Shown here piece by piece: positions 24,961-38,487 of a DNA stretch of 64,000 nucleotides. Made by a program: the position numbers and the translations under genes. Origin of the DNA: Octopus bimaculoides (lineage: Eukaryota). Positions within the stretch are counted from its first letter, which is position 1. Each line of letters opens with the position of its first letter. The DNA lies in NCBI RefSeq assembly GCF_001194135.2, contig NC_068992.1, forward strand, positions 26,855,772 through 26,919,771, given 5' to 3'. The notes below the pieces were generated by a model. The model saw only the letters and a program-made list of their open reading frames with translations, was not told the origin of the DNA and did no database searches.

Positions 24961-25327
24961 TTATATATACATTCATACATATACAAGATACATTAACAAA
25001 ACAAACACCAACAAAGAAATAAAATTACAATCAAAGACATCACACCGAAAAAAATCTCTCCGCTATATCAAATACCCATAAATAAAAACCAACCACTTAT
25101 AGCTGTAATAGACATATAGACATCACGATAAAGCCTGGCTGTTTAATATTCTCGGCGTGTACGATAATATTATCGTCAAAAGAGATTTGGACGATGTATT
25201 CTTGTTTTTGCATTTTTGCAATTACGTTAAATAATGTGAATATTCTGTAGAAATATACATTTACACATAACATATGCACTTAAAAGATATACGTTTTCGC
25301 AAAAAATAGGCAAAAATATATACTAGA

Positions 25328-25477
25328 AGCAGGCATGGCCATTTGTTTAAAAAGTTCGTTTCTCAAATTCTTAGCGAAACACTGAGTGCCACATTTGGTA
25401 AACACCTTCTACTCCAGCCGTGACTTCACAAATGTCTTGTGTGCGAAATTGTTGGACGGATAGTGTGTGGAAGCTCG

Positions 25478-25480
<3 letters not shown>
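25328..25480 (+). mobile_element. Degenerate head of SINE family C running into (TG)n
   Basis: GCAGGCATGGCC...TTGGTAAACACCTTCTACTCCAGCC...TGGACGGATAGTGTGTGGAAGCTCG. Confidence 0.5.
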
Positions 25481-25537
<57 letters not shown>

Positions 25538-26329
25538 NNNNNNNNNNNNNNNNNNNNNNNNNNNNNNNNNNNNNNNNNNNNNNNNNNNNNNNNNNNNNNN
25601 NNNNNNNNNNNNNNNNNNNNNNNNNNNNNNNNNNNNNNNNNNNNNNNNNNNNNNNNNNNNNNNNNNNNNNNNNNNNNNNNNNNNNNNNNNNNNNNNNNNN
25701 NNNNNNNNNNNNNNNNNNNNNNNNNNNNNNNNNNNNNNNNNNNNNNNNNNNNNNNNNNNNNNNNNNNNNNNNNNNNNNNNNNNNNNNNNNNNNNNNNNNN
25801 NNNNNNNNNNNNNNNNNNNNNNNNNNNNNNNNNNNNNNNNNNNNNNNNNNNNNNNNNNNNNNNNNNNNNNNNNNNNNNNNNNNNNNNNNNNNNNNNNNNN
25901 NNNNNNNNNNNNNNNNNNNNNNNNNNNNNNNNNNNNNNNNNNNNNNNNNNNNNNNNNNNNNNNNNNNNNNNNNNNNNNNNNNNNNNNNNNNNNNNNNNNN
26001 NNNNNNNNNNNNNNNNNNNNNNNNNNNNNNNNNNNNNNNNNNNNNNNNNNNNNNNNNNNNNNNNNNNNNNNNNNNNNNNNNNNNNNNNNNNNNNNNNNNN
26101 NNNNNNNNNNNNNNNNNNNNNNNNNNNNNNNNNNNNNNNNNNNNNNNNNNNNNNNNNNNNNNNNNNNNNNNNNNNNNNNNNNNNNNNNNNNNNNATATAT
26201 ATATATATATATATACATATATACATATTTATATATGCTTGTACATATATGTAGCTGTATATATAAATACAATAGATGTATTAGGGTTCGGCAATTTCTT
26301 GCCGAACAACCATAGAGATGATCTGTTTA

Positions 26330-26545
26330 TAGTGATCAAATGTTTGTGTAGACATAAGCTCATTCCTTCCATCAAATCGACATTACGTGTAGAGATGCAC
26401 CGTGTGTCACATGTCAGATGACGAAATGATTGCTGAGCAACGTGATATGAACTGCTCTGCTCAAGAACACAATGCAACGCCACGTCTGGAAATCGAAACC
26501 ATGAACTCGCAACCGTTAGTGGAACACTCTAACCACTAAGCCTAC
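26330..26545 (-). mobile_element. SINE family E
   Basis: GCTCAAGAACACAATGCAACGCC..GGAAATCGAAACC...CTAACCACTAAGCC. Homologous to 38488-38717 and 48542-48769. Confidence 0.75.
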
Positions 26546-27744
26546 ACACAAGCACTTACACTAATGTTTTGAGTCGTACTTTCCTGTTTGTATAAGCAAA
26601 TCTATAGACAGATAGTTATACAGATATAAAACACGTTTGCACACAAACACATATATATATGTATACTTAGATACATATCTGTATATGTATCTGCCTATAT
26701 GTTCTAATGCGCTGTAACGAAGAGCATAAAATTTATACTTTCAAACGATATGGTTATAAAAACAGATACTCTTATACTCACATATATGTGTACGCATGTG
26801 TCTGCATACATATTGATTATAAAATATCATAAATTTTATACACCCCGTTACCGCTGAAGAAGCATACAACACCCGGACATGAACCACCCAAGAAAATGCC
26901 AATATTCTTGATGTATGAGTCTCATTTGAGAGGTTTGGTATTTTGGCCAAATTCAGATTAATATTTTATCCTTTCATTATATATTGAAGGAATGAAAGCA
27001 ATACGGAGACGATATGGTCAACGATGGCGATTATGATATTGAAGTATTTCATTCCAATGAAAAACCGGTGGCATTTCCGCTGCAGCCGCAACTGGTTGTA
27101 ATCGTGAAATTGGAGGACTATGATGAGGATGGAGAGGATAATTTGATGATGATGATGACGGTGCTAGTGGTGGTGGTAGGGAGGAAGTGGTTGCTAGTTT
27201 TTCGTATTTTGTATATGTGTATTTGTGTCGGTATTCATTTACATATGCATTTGAATATCTTTATTTTTGTGAATGATAATATATGCATTGATATATATAT
27301 ATATGTATGTGTGTGTGTGTGTGCGTGTGTGTGTGTGAGTGTGAGTGCGTGTGTACACAAACACACACACATATAAGNNNNNNNNNNNNNNNNNNNNNNN
27401 NNNNNNNNNNNNNNNNNNNNNNNNNNNNNNNNNNNNNNNNNNNNNNNNNNNNNNNNNNNNNNNNNNNNNNNNNNNNNNNNNNNNNNNNNNNNNNNNNNNN
27501 NNNNNNNNNNNNNNNNNNNNNNNNATATATGTGCGTGTGTGTGTGTGTGTGTGTGTGTATGTATACATACATGCATGCATACATACATACATACATGCAT
27601 ACATACATACATACATACATACATACATACATACATACATACATGCATATATGTGATTGCAAGATTTTCTTTTGAATGGCCAGCATTCGAACATGCAACA
27701 AATAGTCCTTTTTATTTCAAAATTAAGACGAAGTTCATTTTAAT

Positions 27745-28590
27745 CTAAAATATACTCCCCTTCATTTTCTACAATGCACTAACATCTATCTTGTAGAATT
27801 CCAAGGCACCTCTTCCAAAATTCGCTTGTCTGTGTACTATTCTGATCTCATTAACAGAATTAATATTTTTCCAGTCCAAATAACTTTGAAGATTGCGGAG
27901 TAAATGATAATCCGATAGGGCAATGTCCGGCAAATATGGTGGGTGCAGCATCGGTTCCTATTCAAACTGTTCCAGCTTTTGGAATGTCATCCTCGCTATA
28001 TCTCACCGAGCATTATCATGATGGAAGAGCACCTTTCATCTTAAAACCAAAGGTCCTTTTTCTTCTTAAGCCGCTCAAGCTGTTCACAATAGATCTCCTT
28101 TGTTATCATTTGGTTTGGGTTTAGAAGTTCAAATTGGACTAAACCTTACATATCCCACCAAAAACATAAGAACATCTTTCTTGGGTGAAGACCTACTTTA
28201 GCCTGGAGTCTCATTTCTCGTCACCTGTCACTATTTGGTCCAAATATGGCTCAATCGTGATACGTGACAGCAATTAGACTTGGAAAGCGTGTGAGGAAAC
28301 CATTGACCCAATTTGCTGATTTTACCGATGGCACGGAGTGTCGATGAATGGTTGAATGACCAAAAACAAGCTTCCCTGGTAGTTCCTCAAAAGTTACGAT
28401 GGGATTTTGTTCCACCAGGGTTTGCAGGACGTCCTCGTCGAGCTCTACAGATCTTCCAGGACGAGACTCGTCTTCTAGGATTTAGTTTCCAGCTCGGAAT
28501 TTCTTGAACCACAGTTGACACTCTCTCACGCTAATTGTCCGATCCTCATACACGGCATTAATATTCCTCACTCTTTTCCCTTTCAAATTC
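27745..28590 (-). mobile_element. Mariner (DD34D) transposase pseudogene
   Basis: Reads RNINA..SVRECQLWFKKFRAGN..EDESRPGRS..IVTGDEK..HHDNAR..HPPYLPDIALSDYHL..GEYILD*, with frameshifts. Confidence 0.9.
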
Positions 28591-28594
28591 ACTA

Positions 28595-30990
28595 GCCTAC
28601 AGGCACATTATTAGAGTAGGTCCATTCTCATGGGCCATTTTCATTACATTCACCCACCTTATAGCAAATGTACTGAGGTGTGCAGCACTTATCTCTCCAC
28701 CGTCATCTTCCTTTCCAAGTGAAATTTGAAAAAAGTTGATGAGGGATTGGCCGAAGAGAAAAGTGTCTGTCTTCAGCCCTTTCAATCTGGTCCACCATAC
28801 AACCTCTTTCTCTACTGCTATCAAACAGAAGAAAATTGTCTGTCCTTCCGGATCAATGGAAGGCGGCGGATCGATCTTCACTGTGGATTCGGCCGATAAC
28901 CGGATCCGTCCTATACGCGATAACAGCTGTTGAACATAACTCTACATGTCAGTAATGCAAGGACACTGTACGAGAGCGTGCAGAACGGCTTCGTCACTTT
29001 GCGCAAATCTCGGGTAGATCCGTCTGTCAACACTTCCGTGCCTGAAGAGTTTATCTCGAACCGTCAGTGCCTCCCGGTAGCACTGCCAAGCCGAGGATTT
29101 CTAGAAGTTATCCATCGTCTCCTGCTTGAAAGTCCTCCTGAACAGACTGTTCGTCGATGCCTAGTGACTCTTTAAGTGCGTCATCGCTCTTTCCCTCCAC
29201 TAATCTTCTATAGAACTCGAGTTGATGTTCCACTGGTCGCATTGCTTGACTGGTTTAGGGCAGTGAGTGCCAGGCAATTTTTCTAGATGCCAGTAACCCT
29301 GTCTCGGTCTCTTCTCGACCCAGGACTGCAGCTCAGTCAAGGAGACGAGTTGGGTAAAGGCCTGTTTGACAAACAGCGACCACACCTGTTCACCGTTTAG
29401 GCAGAATATCTGGAGATTCCACAGCCTCGGCGCATGTCTACGCATCATTATCTTCGGCATGCCCAGCCCTCTGCGTAGATGGTGTTGGCAACAGACAGAC
29501 CGCCCATAAATGGAACCTGTCTGTATTTTTTATTGTGGGCATTGTTATGCTTTGTGGACTTTTGTGCTTTTATTTTTGTTTTTGTGGGGCCTTTTGGTTT
29601 TCTTTCATTTTCACTACTGGAAAATGAGGGGTCTGTTAGTATAAGTGTGTCTGTGACTGTATATGCTTGTATTCTTGTTTATGTGTGTATTTTTGTTTGG
29701 TGTGAAGGGATGGGAGAGCTTTCCGTGTTTCGTTTGTTGTTGCTGGTGGTTTTACCGGTGCTGATGTACGTGGTCCTCGTCTCGGTGTAGGCAACAGTGT
29801 AGGCTTTTGACTCCTTGTACTTTGTACCAGTTGGGGGCAGTAGACTTGCAAATGAGTAGTTTCTCCACAAACGAATCAATGCGGCCTTTTGCTCTCCGCC
29901 ATTAAGTGTATCACCGTTTCGTTCTGGAAACGGATGTAGTCCGGGTCATTTTTAATGTTTTCGGGCCTGATCTGGAGAAGTATCTCCAAGTCAATCCCGG
30001 ACCAGTCCACCCTGACAGTTCTTGTCATCTCTATCGGGATGGTATCCGCCCCCTCCACAAATCCGCATCCCAGAAGCCACCACATATCAAGTCCTGCTGG
30101 TATCCTAGGAATGCAGACACATGCTGTACGTTTCCCCATGTGGGAGGGGTACATAATGACTTTGATGGTTTTGCAAGGGGTCATTGAGTGTTTAATATCG
30201 AAGACTTCTAACTTAATCTCCACTGAAATTGTGCCACATTTTTGGCCCCTTGTTATGTACTCGGTGTCATCTCTGATGCCCCTCAGCGTCGCATCAATAT
30301 CTACTTGGGTTATTAATGCCACTCTTTTCGTTTCTGCTGAGATGCATCTGAAAAGCTCCATTCTTTTCTCCACTGCTTCAATTGTCTCTGGCGGAATAGT
30401 TAGGTTGGCCCAGGTTTGTTCTTGTCTAGTCAGTGTCCATGCTAGCGCCAACATTTCATCTCTGTTTGTGAGGTCCACGGTGAAGCGTTGCTCCTTTTTG
30501 GCTGCTGCTACTGCGAACGTTTTTTTGTTGTCGGTAATCTTCTCGTTGTTTTTGTTATTGTTGTTGCTGTCGTTGCTGCTGCTGCCGTTGTTGTTGTTGC
30601 CGTTGTTCTTGCTGATGTTGTTGGTGTTAGTTTCGTCGCTGTTGTTGTCACATTTGCTATTGTTGATGCTGTTGTTGCCTTGCCATCGCTGCTGTGGTTG
30701 TTGCTGTTTCTTTCGTTGTTGTTGTTGCTGCCACTACTACAACTGTTGCTGCCACTACGGCTGCTGCTGCTGCCACTGCTGTTGTCACTGCTACCACTGT
30801 TGCTGTACTGCTAGTACGGCTGTTACTATGAGGTGGACTTTGTACTGTTCTACTTTCCTTCTCCCTTTCTCTCCTCTTGTATTGTTGCCAGTAACGGAGA
30901 GAAGGAGAGTGAAATCTTGGGCAGTCACCAGATTCGTGGGAGGGGCAGTTTTCAAGACGCGCTCTCCCAACTTGTTGAATTGTGTTTGAT
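28595..30990 (-). mobile_element. Tx1/L1-clade LINE: ORF1 with CCHC knuckle joined to the ORF2 C-terminus; APE and RT absent
   Basis: ORF1 has an S/N/Q-rich N-terminus and the 200-aa ORF 29876-30478, then in frame *FVCGETTHLQVYC (CX2CX4HX4C with Cys1 mutated to TGA). After about 29516 come RSVCCQH..GLGMP, WQCYREAL..DKL and EAVLHALVQCP, ending at the stop at 28597. Confidence 0.85.
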
Positions 30991-31202
30991 TAAATTAAAT
31001 TAAACGACCACAAAACTTATCTGGTGGGCCGAATATAGTCCCTCGAGGAGCTAAACAACAGTAGAAAACCAGTAACGGGTTATTAGTTTTGTGTTGACAA
31101 CTTGGACTAAAATGCAAAAAAAACCCCAATGTGGTGTAAATAAATGCTTTAAGCTGCACCAAACTGGAGCGTTTGAAAACACGTCCAATCTATCCCACAG
31201 TA

Positions 31203-31203
<1 letters not shown>

Positions 31204-31284
<81 letters not shown>

Positions 31285-31818
31285 GCCCTGATACAGTGCC
31301 AGACAATGGTTCTCATGGCTTCTTATCTTAACTGATCGGAGGTGGAATCAAGTATATTGTTTTGTCTTGCTATAAAAGATGGGCTACAACAAATATTCTG
31401 CCCAATACCATAGATTTGCCTGTCAGCTGCTTGATCTTAACCAATTGAGCATGTCCCTTAGTGGCTGACGATATGTGCATCCCTGATCACGAGCAGAAGT
31501 AGTGGAGAGTATCATAGTAATGTGTTGAGAGGAATTCTTTGGGGTTTGGATAATTCACCTTTGGAAACATGGGTATTTCGTTCGACATCCTCAAACAACC
31601 TTTATTCAAGGACTTTTTGAGACGATGGGCTACTCGACCTGAATAAAATTCTAACTGGGCCCCCACCTGCAAGGTCATGTGCTGTTTATCTTGATATGAG
31701 ATCACTATATCGTGCACACATGGTTGTGATGCATGTTCCTGGTGTACCCATATCAGACGGGTAGTCATGATGTGTATACTGGGCTTCGTATATTTTACCC
31801 CAGTGTCACTTTGATGGC
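31204..31818. mobile_element. (AAT)n tract followed by a probable non-coding interspersed repeat
   Basis: (AAT)n at 31204-31281, then a GC-richer non-coding block from AAATGCCCTGAT to CACTTTGATGGC that runs into the gap. Single copy here; its repeat status is recalled, not demonstrated. Confidence 0.45.
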
Positions 31819-33161
31819 NNNNNNNNNNNNNNNNNNNNNNNNNNNNNNNNNNNNNNNNNNNNNNNNNNNNNNNNNNNNNNNNNNNNNNNNNNNNNNNNNN
31901 NNNNNNNNNNNNNNNNNNNNNNNNNNNNNNNNNNNNNNNNNNNNNNNNNNNNNNNNNNNNNNNNNNNNNNNNNNNNNNNNNNNNNNNNNNNNNNNNNNNN
32001 NNNNNNNNNNNNNNNNNNNNNNNNNNNNNNNNNNNNNNNNNNNNNNNNNNNNNNNNNNNNNNNNNNNNNNNNNNNNNNNNNNNNNNNNNNNNNNNNNNNN
32101 NNNNNNNNNNNNNNNNNNNNNNNNNNNNNNNNNNNNNNNNNNNNNNNNNNNNNNNNNNNNNNNNNNNNNNNNNNNNNNNNNNNNNNNNNNNNNNNNNNNN
32201 NNNNNNNNNNNNNNNNNNNNNNNNNNNNNNNNNNNNNNNNNNNNNNNNNNNNNNNNNNNNNNNNNNNNNNNNNNNNNNNNNNNNNNNNNNNNNNNNNNNN
32301 NNNNNNNNNNNNNNNNNNNNNNNNNNNNNNNNNNNNNNNNNNNNNNNNNNNNNNNNNNNNNNNNNNNNNNNNNNNNNNNNNNNNNNNNNNNNNNNNNNNN
32401 NNNNNNNNNNNNNNNNNNNNNNNNNNNNNNNNNNNNNNNNNNNNNNNNNNNNNNNNNNNNNNNNNNNNNNNNNNNNNNNNNNNNNNNNNNNNNNNNNNNN
32501 NNNNNNNNNNNNNNNNNNNNNNNNNNNNNNNNNNNNNNNNNNNNNNNNNNNNNNNNNNNNNNNNNNNNNNNNNNNNNNNNNNNNNNNNNNNNNNNNNNNN
32601 NNNNNNNNNNNNNNNNNNNNNNNNNNNNNNNNNNNNNNNNNNNNNNNNNNNNNNNNNNNNNNNNNNNNNNNNNNNNNNNNNNNNNNNNNNNNNNNNNNNN
32701 NNNNNNNNNNNNNNNNNNNNNNNNNNNNNNNNNNNNNNNNNNNNNNNNNNNNNNNNNNNNNTGTGTATATATATATATATATATATGATGCGAGAGAGAG
32801 AGAATTATCGTTCTCTATATATCTCTGCTTTTGGATTCGTACGACGTTTACAAAACATATCTTACTGGTAATAAATACATTTCTGAGAATATATAGTCAG
32901 GGCCATGTATTCACATACATACATACATACATACATACATACATGCATCCATACATGCATACATACATATATACATGCATATATTCATGCATACATACGC
33001 ACATCTATACATACATGGAGACAAACGGTTAGTCTAAAAGAGGTGTAGGCAGCAATAGGAGTAAAACAAGTGAATGTGCAAAAGAAATATCAGAACATAA
33101 ATTGCTATATTTATAACTGTATAGGTAGATGATATATGTATGCATATAAATGTATGCATGT

Positions 33162-33243
<82 letters not shown>

Positions 33244-33657
33244 ATATATGAGTACGTACGTATTTCTCTACATACATGTGTGTGCGTGTATAATACGTGA
33301 TGGGGTTCATATGATTTGAAAGAAGTAGGTTATAAAGTTTTCATTAGGAAATATAATATTCATTGGGAAAAGTATTGGTTGGTTGATTGTTCAGTTTCCT
33401 CCGGATTTTTCAAGAAAGCAGACTTCTATTGAAAAGAAATGTCGCTTCTAAATTCACATAGGAATCAAAAGAACGAGATATTCTGTAGACGCTGAAGAAA
33501 ATTAGGCGGAACCTTTGTCAATAATCAGGAAACGAAACAGCCTGAACATTAGCGGTAGTGGTATTAGCTAAAGAAAAAAATCGAGAAAGTAAAAAATGAA
33601 AGAAACGGATTAGAGGAGAGAACAGCTACATAAGCGCATGTATGCATGTGTGTGTGA

Positions 33658-33709
<52 letters not shown>

Positions 33710-35311
33710 NNNNNNNNNNNNNNNNNNNNNNNNNNNNNNNNNNNNNNNNNNNNNNNNNNNNNNNNNNNNNNNNNNNNNNNNNNNNNNNNNNNNNNNNNNN
33801 NNNNNNNNNNNNNNNNNNNNNNNNNNNNNNNNNNNNNNNNNNNNNNNNNNNNNNNNNNNNNNNNNNNNNNNNNNNNNNNNNNNNNNNNNNNNNNNNNNNN
33901 NNNNNNNNNNNNNNNNNNNNNNNNNNNNNNNNNNNNNNNNNNNNNNNNNNNNNNNNNNNNNNNNNNNNNNNNNNNNNNNNNNNNNNNNNNNNNNNNNNNN
34001 NNNNNNNNNNNNNNNNNNNNNNNNNNNNNNNNNNNNNNNNNNNNNNNNNNNNNNNNNNNNNNNNNNNNNNNNNNNNNNNNNNNNNNNNNNNNNNNNNNNN
34101 NNNNNNNNNNNNNNNNNNNNNNNNNNNNNNNNNNNNNNNNNNNNNNNNNNNNNNNNNNNNNNNNNNNNNNNNNNNNNNNNNNNNNNNNNNNNNNNNNNNN
34201 NNNNNNNNNNNNNNNNNNNNNNNNNNNNNNNNNNNNNNNNNNNNNNNNNNNNNNNNNNNNNNNNNNNNNNNNNNNNNNNNNNNNNNNNNNNNNNNNNNNN
34301 NNNNNNNNNNNNNNNNNNNNNNNNNNNNNNNNNNNNNNNNNNNNNNNNNNNNNNNNNNNNNNNNNNNNNNNNNNNNNNNNNNNNNNNNNNNNNNNNNNNN
34401 NNNNNNNNNNNNNNNNNNNNNNNNNNNNNNNNNNNNNNNNNNNNNNNNNNNNNNNNNNNNNNNNNNNNNNTATATATATATATATATATGCACATACGAA
34501 TGAATGAATGGTGTATATGAATATTGGCATGTATGGAAGAGAGTGCGCGACTAAGAGAGAGGGAGAGAGGATGAAGCGTATACGTAAAGAGAAAGAAAAG
34601 AACAAATTTAAATTAGAGTATGTGTAAAAGTTAGAATGGAAAGTTAGAATGGAAAAACATGAAAGAAAGATGAAAAAGAAAAGAATGCTGAAAGGAAACA
34701 AAAGAAATGAGAGTAATAAAAGTATAGAATGAAACTGAAAGAAAAGTTTATATTTATACATACACATATGCTAACGTATATATTTTTATATACACGTATG
34801 TACATACAGAGGCACATACGCACACACATGTATGTATTTATATTTATATATATATATATATATNNNNNNNNNNNNNNNNNNNNNNNNNNNNNNNNNNNNN
34901 NNNNNNNNNNNNNNNNNNNNNNNNNNNNNNNNNNNNNNNNNNNNNNNNNNNNNNNNNNNNNNNNNNNNNNNNNNNNNNNNNNNNNNNNNNNNNNNNNNNN
35001 NNNNNNNNNNNNNNNNNNNNNNNNNNNNNNNNNNNNNNNNNNNNNNNNNNNNNNNNNNNNNNNNNNNNNNNNNNNNNNNNNNNNNNNNNNNNNNNNNNNN
35101 NNNNNNNNNNNNNNNNNNNNNNNNNNNNNNNNNNNNNNNNNNNNNNNNNNNNNNNNNNNNNNNNNNNNNNNNNNNNNNNNNNNNNNNNNNNNNNNNNNNN
35201 NNNNNNNNNNNNNNNNNNNNNNNNNNNNNNNNNNNNNNNNNNNNNNNNNNNNNNNNNNNNNNNNNNNNNNNNNNNNNNNNNNNNNNNNNATATATATATA
35301 TATATATATAT

Positions 35312-35620
35312 ACGGGACCAGATACTTCAACAACTTGAGCTTCAGTGTCCCACACCTCTTTTATATCCTTCGAAAATGCCTGACAGCCCTGCATGGTGTG
35401 GATGTAAATGTCTTTAAAGCAAAACTGGATGTCTTCTTGTCAAGTGTTCCAGACAAACCTACCACACGCGTCAGGAAACACAGATGAGGGCAGCAGCATG
35501 AAACTTACTCATTGATCAAATAAATGCCATCTATCAGGTTTCAAATAATGGTATAACTGAGTCAACGGTTGTGCCCCAGAATGATCGCAGCTTTGAAGCT
35601 GAAACATTTTTAAACAATTT
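35312..35620 (+). mobile_element. 3' end of a CR1-group LINE
   Basis: GTRYFNNLSFSVPHLFYILRKCLTALHGVDVNVFKAKLDVFLSSVPDKP resembles the GPRLFN.LP...FK.KLD.FL..VPDEP C-terminal motif. Confidence 0.75.
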
Positions 35621-38189
35621 AAATAATTTATATATATATGTATATATATTATATATATCTATATATATATATATATACATANNNNNNNNNNNNNNNNNNN
35701 NNNNNNNNNNNNNNNNNNNNNNNNNNNNNNNNNNNNNNNNNNNNNNNNNNNNNNNNNNNNNNNNNNNNNNNNNNNNNNNNNNNNNNNNNNNNNNNNNNNN
35801 NNNNNNNNNNNNNNNNNNNNNNNNNNNNNNNNNNNNNNNNNNNNNNNNNNNNNNNNNNNNNNNNNNNNNNNNNNNNNNNNNNNNNNNNNNNNNNNNNNNN
35901 NNNNNNNNNNNNNNNNNNNNNNNNNNNNNNNNNNNNNNNNNNNNNNNNNNNNNNNNNNNNNNNNNNNNNNNNNNNNNNNNNNNNNNNNNNNNNNNNNNNN
36001 NNNNNNNNNNNNNNNNNNNNNNNNNNNNNNNNNNNNNNNNNNNNNNNNNNNNNNNNNNNNNNNNNNNNNNNNNNNNNNNNNNNNNNNNNNNNNNNNNNNN
36101 NNNNNNNNNNNNNNNNNNNNNTATATATATATTTATATTTATATTTATTTATATATATATTACAAGGTGTCAGATGTTATTAACTTTCGAGAGAACGTGA
36201 ATTACGTGTTGGCATTGGGTTGCGATACTCATAAATGCTGTAAATGATAGAGGATGGATTATAGGAAAGATTCTGTTGTTGTTTGCGGGAAAATTATAAG
36301 ATTTGCCTTAAATTTAACATGCGACATCATGTCAGTACATAACGTTACTGCAAATGTTCTCCACTGTAACCTTCCTTCACGACGATTCGTTCTATGGATT
36401 TGCCCAAAAGGTTATGAGTATGTATATAACGTGTTCTTCTCTTTGTTTTCTTCCCACGTCTTCGGTTTCGAAATCAGACATGCACATACGACGTGCTCCA
36501 TTCAATAGAAGTATGGCCGAACACCCCATAAATGGTTCCACTTATCTCTTTTTGAAACGCAATTAGATCACTACACCATGTACATATATGTGTATATTTT
36601 CAACTGTTCTCTTACTAGAGTTATTTCCCTTATTTAGTGTTTTGAGATGTTCAACACACAGGGAAAGTATCTGTACAAATTGCTTTGATAATCTCAGTTA
36701 AGAAAATGGTTCAGTTGACTGTATAACATTTGTGATTCTCTCGTTACCCCAATCCTATAAGCATTTTGGCAGAAACGAAAGCCATAAACACGTTTCCAGA
36801 ATTAGTAATCTGTCTATGTTGTTAAATGATTCTCACACAGAATTTGATAAACTTGAATATTCCATTAAAAAGAAAAAAAAAGAGTAATAATTATTTTTAT
36901 CCCCAGATACTGTAGTAGACAGCATCATTTGTCTGAAACTGAAATTTAAACAGATCCTGGTGACCAAGAGGACATATTCACCATTGATCGAGACTGACTG
37001 TATTTTTATTGTTGTTTTCGTTTGAATGACGCTTCAAAGCTAGCCAAGCATTTTGTGTATTTGTCATTAGATATCACAAAACAGTGGATAGGTTTGCAGA
37101 ATATTAAGATAATCCTTTTTCATGCTTTTCATAAAGATACCCACTTCACTTGCAAATGTTCACTTATTAAATCGTCAGTAATTTAATTGTCATTACAATG
37201 CTATAGAAGCACAGAGATGTTCACAACAAAGAATTGACATAGCAGACTCCTCAGAAAACCAATAGATATTTTAAATTTTAGAACAAAAAATTTATTTTAA
37301 CTCCAGCTTAGACTTAATGAACATTTCATCTAATATAAGCACGTTGTACAACCAATATTCTGCAACAATTTTTTTTCTTTCGCGTCAAAAAATTCAATTA
37401 ACATTGGCTGTCAATTTCTTGTAACTCCGAACTGGATATAAAATTGTATTTATTTCTAAGAAAAAATATAGGATCGCATAAAACTTAAAATAATAGATCT
37501 TATGAGATCGTATACATAATGCATTTAAAATTTTGACAAATACGTTAAGCTTCACCTCTTAGTGACTTGTAATTTGATATATATTGCTTAGAAAGGAGTG
37601 ATATTTTTACTTAAATCAATTTATTTAACTTAAAACAATGTGGCATGAAGCACAAATGACAGAAAAGTGGTAAAATTAGTTCATATTAATGGAAAATTAT
37701 CAAAATTTTTGCTGAACTCTAAACTTTTTTTCTGTCTAAAATATAATTATTATATCCTGTAATCTAAATGTTCAGTTTTAATTGTATGCATTTAAAAAGA
37801 TGCTGAGACAATTGAATTTCAGAACATTCAAAAACACAACTCAGTTTAAAGAATTGTATTTGAGAAGAGAGTGACTATATTTTGATGTAATTCAGATAAC
37901 ACTAGTAAATTATTCTTCTCAATGTATCATATCGAATTCCTTTTCATCAAAGTCTTAAAAAATTCTACAATGTGGAGCAAATGGGTGGTTTCTTTTTTTA
38001 ATTCCTTGACATTCTGCTAGGAACTAAAACATACCGAAAAAATAGTATGATGACAAATCCAATAAGAAATTCAATTTTGCAACAGATTTAAACATTTCTT
38101 TAAAACAACACATAAATGTACATTTTTAGAATATATCTCATATGTTAATAGTGATTTGTTTTGTCTATAATGATGTTGACAATAACGTA

Positions 38190-38425
38190 GCAAGTCCTGG
38201 CTAAAGCATAACGAACACAAAAGAACCAGAACGCTACCTAAAAGACAGAGAGATTGGAATTGAAACTCGCATTGTCGGCCTACAGAATAATGCCATCCTA
38301 TATTCTGCAACAGTTCTAAGGAAAAGCTGTTGAGATTTGAGAAGACTAGTTGTCAGGAAGCATCAAAATAAATGCCTTCTAGCTAAATTATCATGCACTA
38401 GGGTAGCAGTAGTGATAATAATGAT
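38190..38425 (+). mobile_element. Short 3' fragment of an R4/Dong-type LINE
   Basis: PERYLKDREIGIETRIVGLQNNAILYSATVLRK, then a short 3'UTR ending GATAATAATGAT. Confidence 0.65.
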
Positions 38426-38487
38426 GGACTCTTCGGTCGAAGACGATGTATGAGTGGTCAGCTTTTGCTGAACGACCTGCACAAATG

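Noticed and set aside
29955-30989. 344-aa plus-strand ORF
   Set aside because: It is antisense to the LINE ORF1 and half of it is the reverse of the CAA/CAG tract. No domain is recognisable, and the minus-strand reading has clear motifs.
31590-31680. CTGAATA plus CCACCTGCAAGG shared with the 52.9-kb hammerhead insert
   Set aside because: G8 is absent and there is no correctly placed GAAA. The 12-bp match may be chance.
33492-33520. CTGAAGA...GGAAC...GTC hammerhead-like string
   Set aside because: Neither stem I nor stem II pairs. It may be a relic but cannot be supported.
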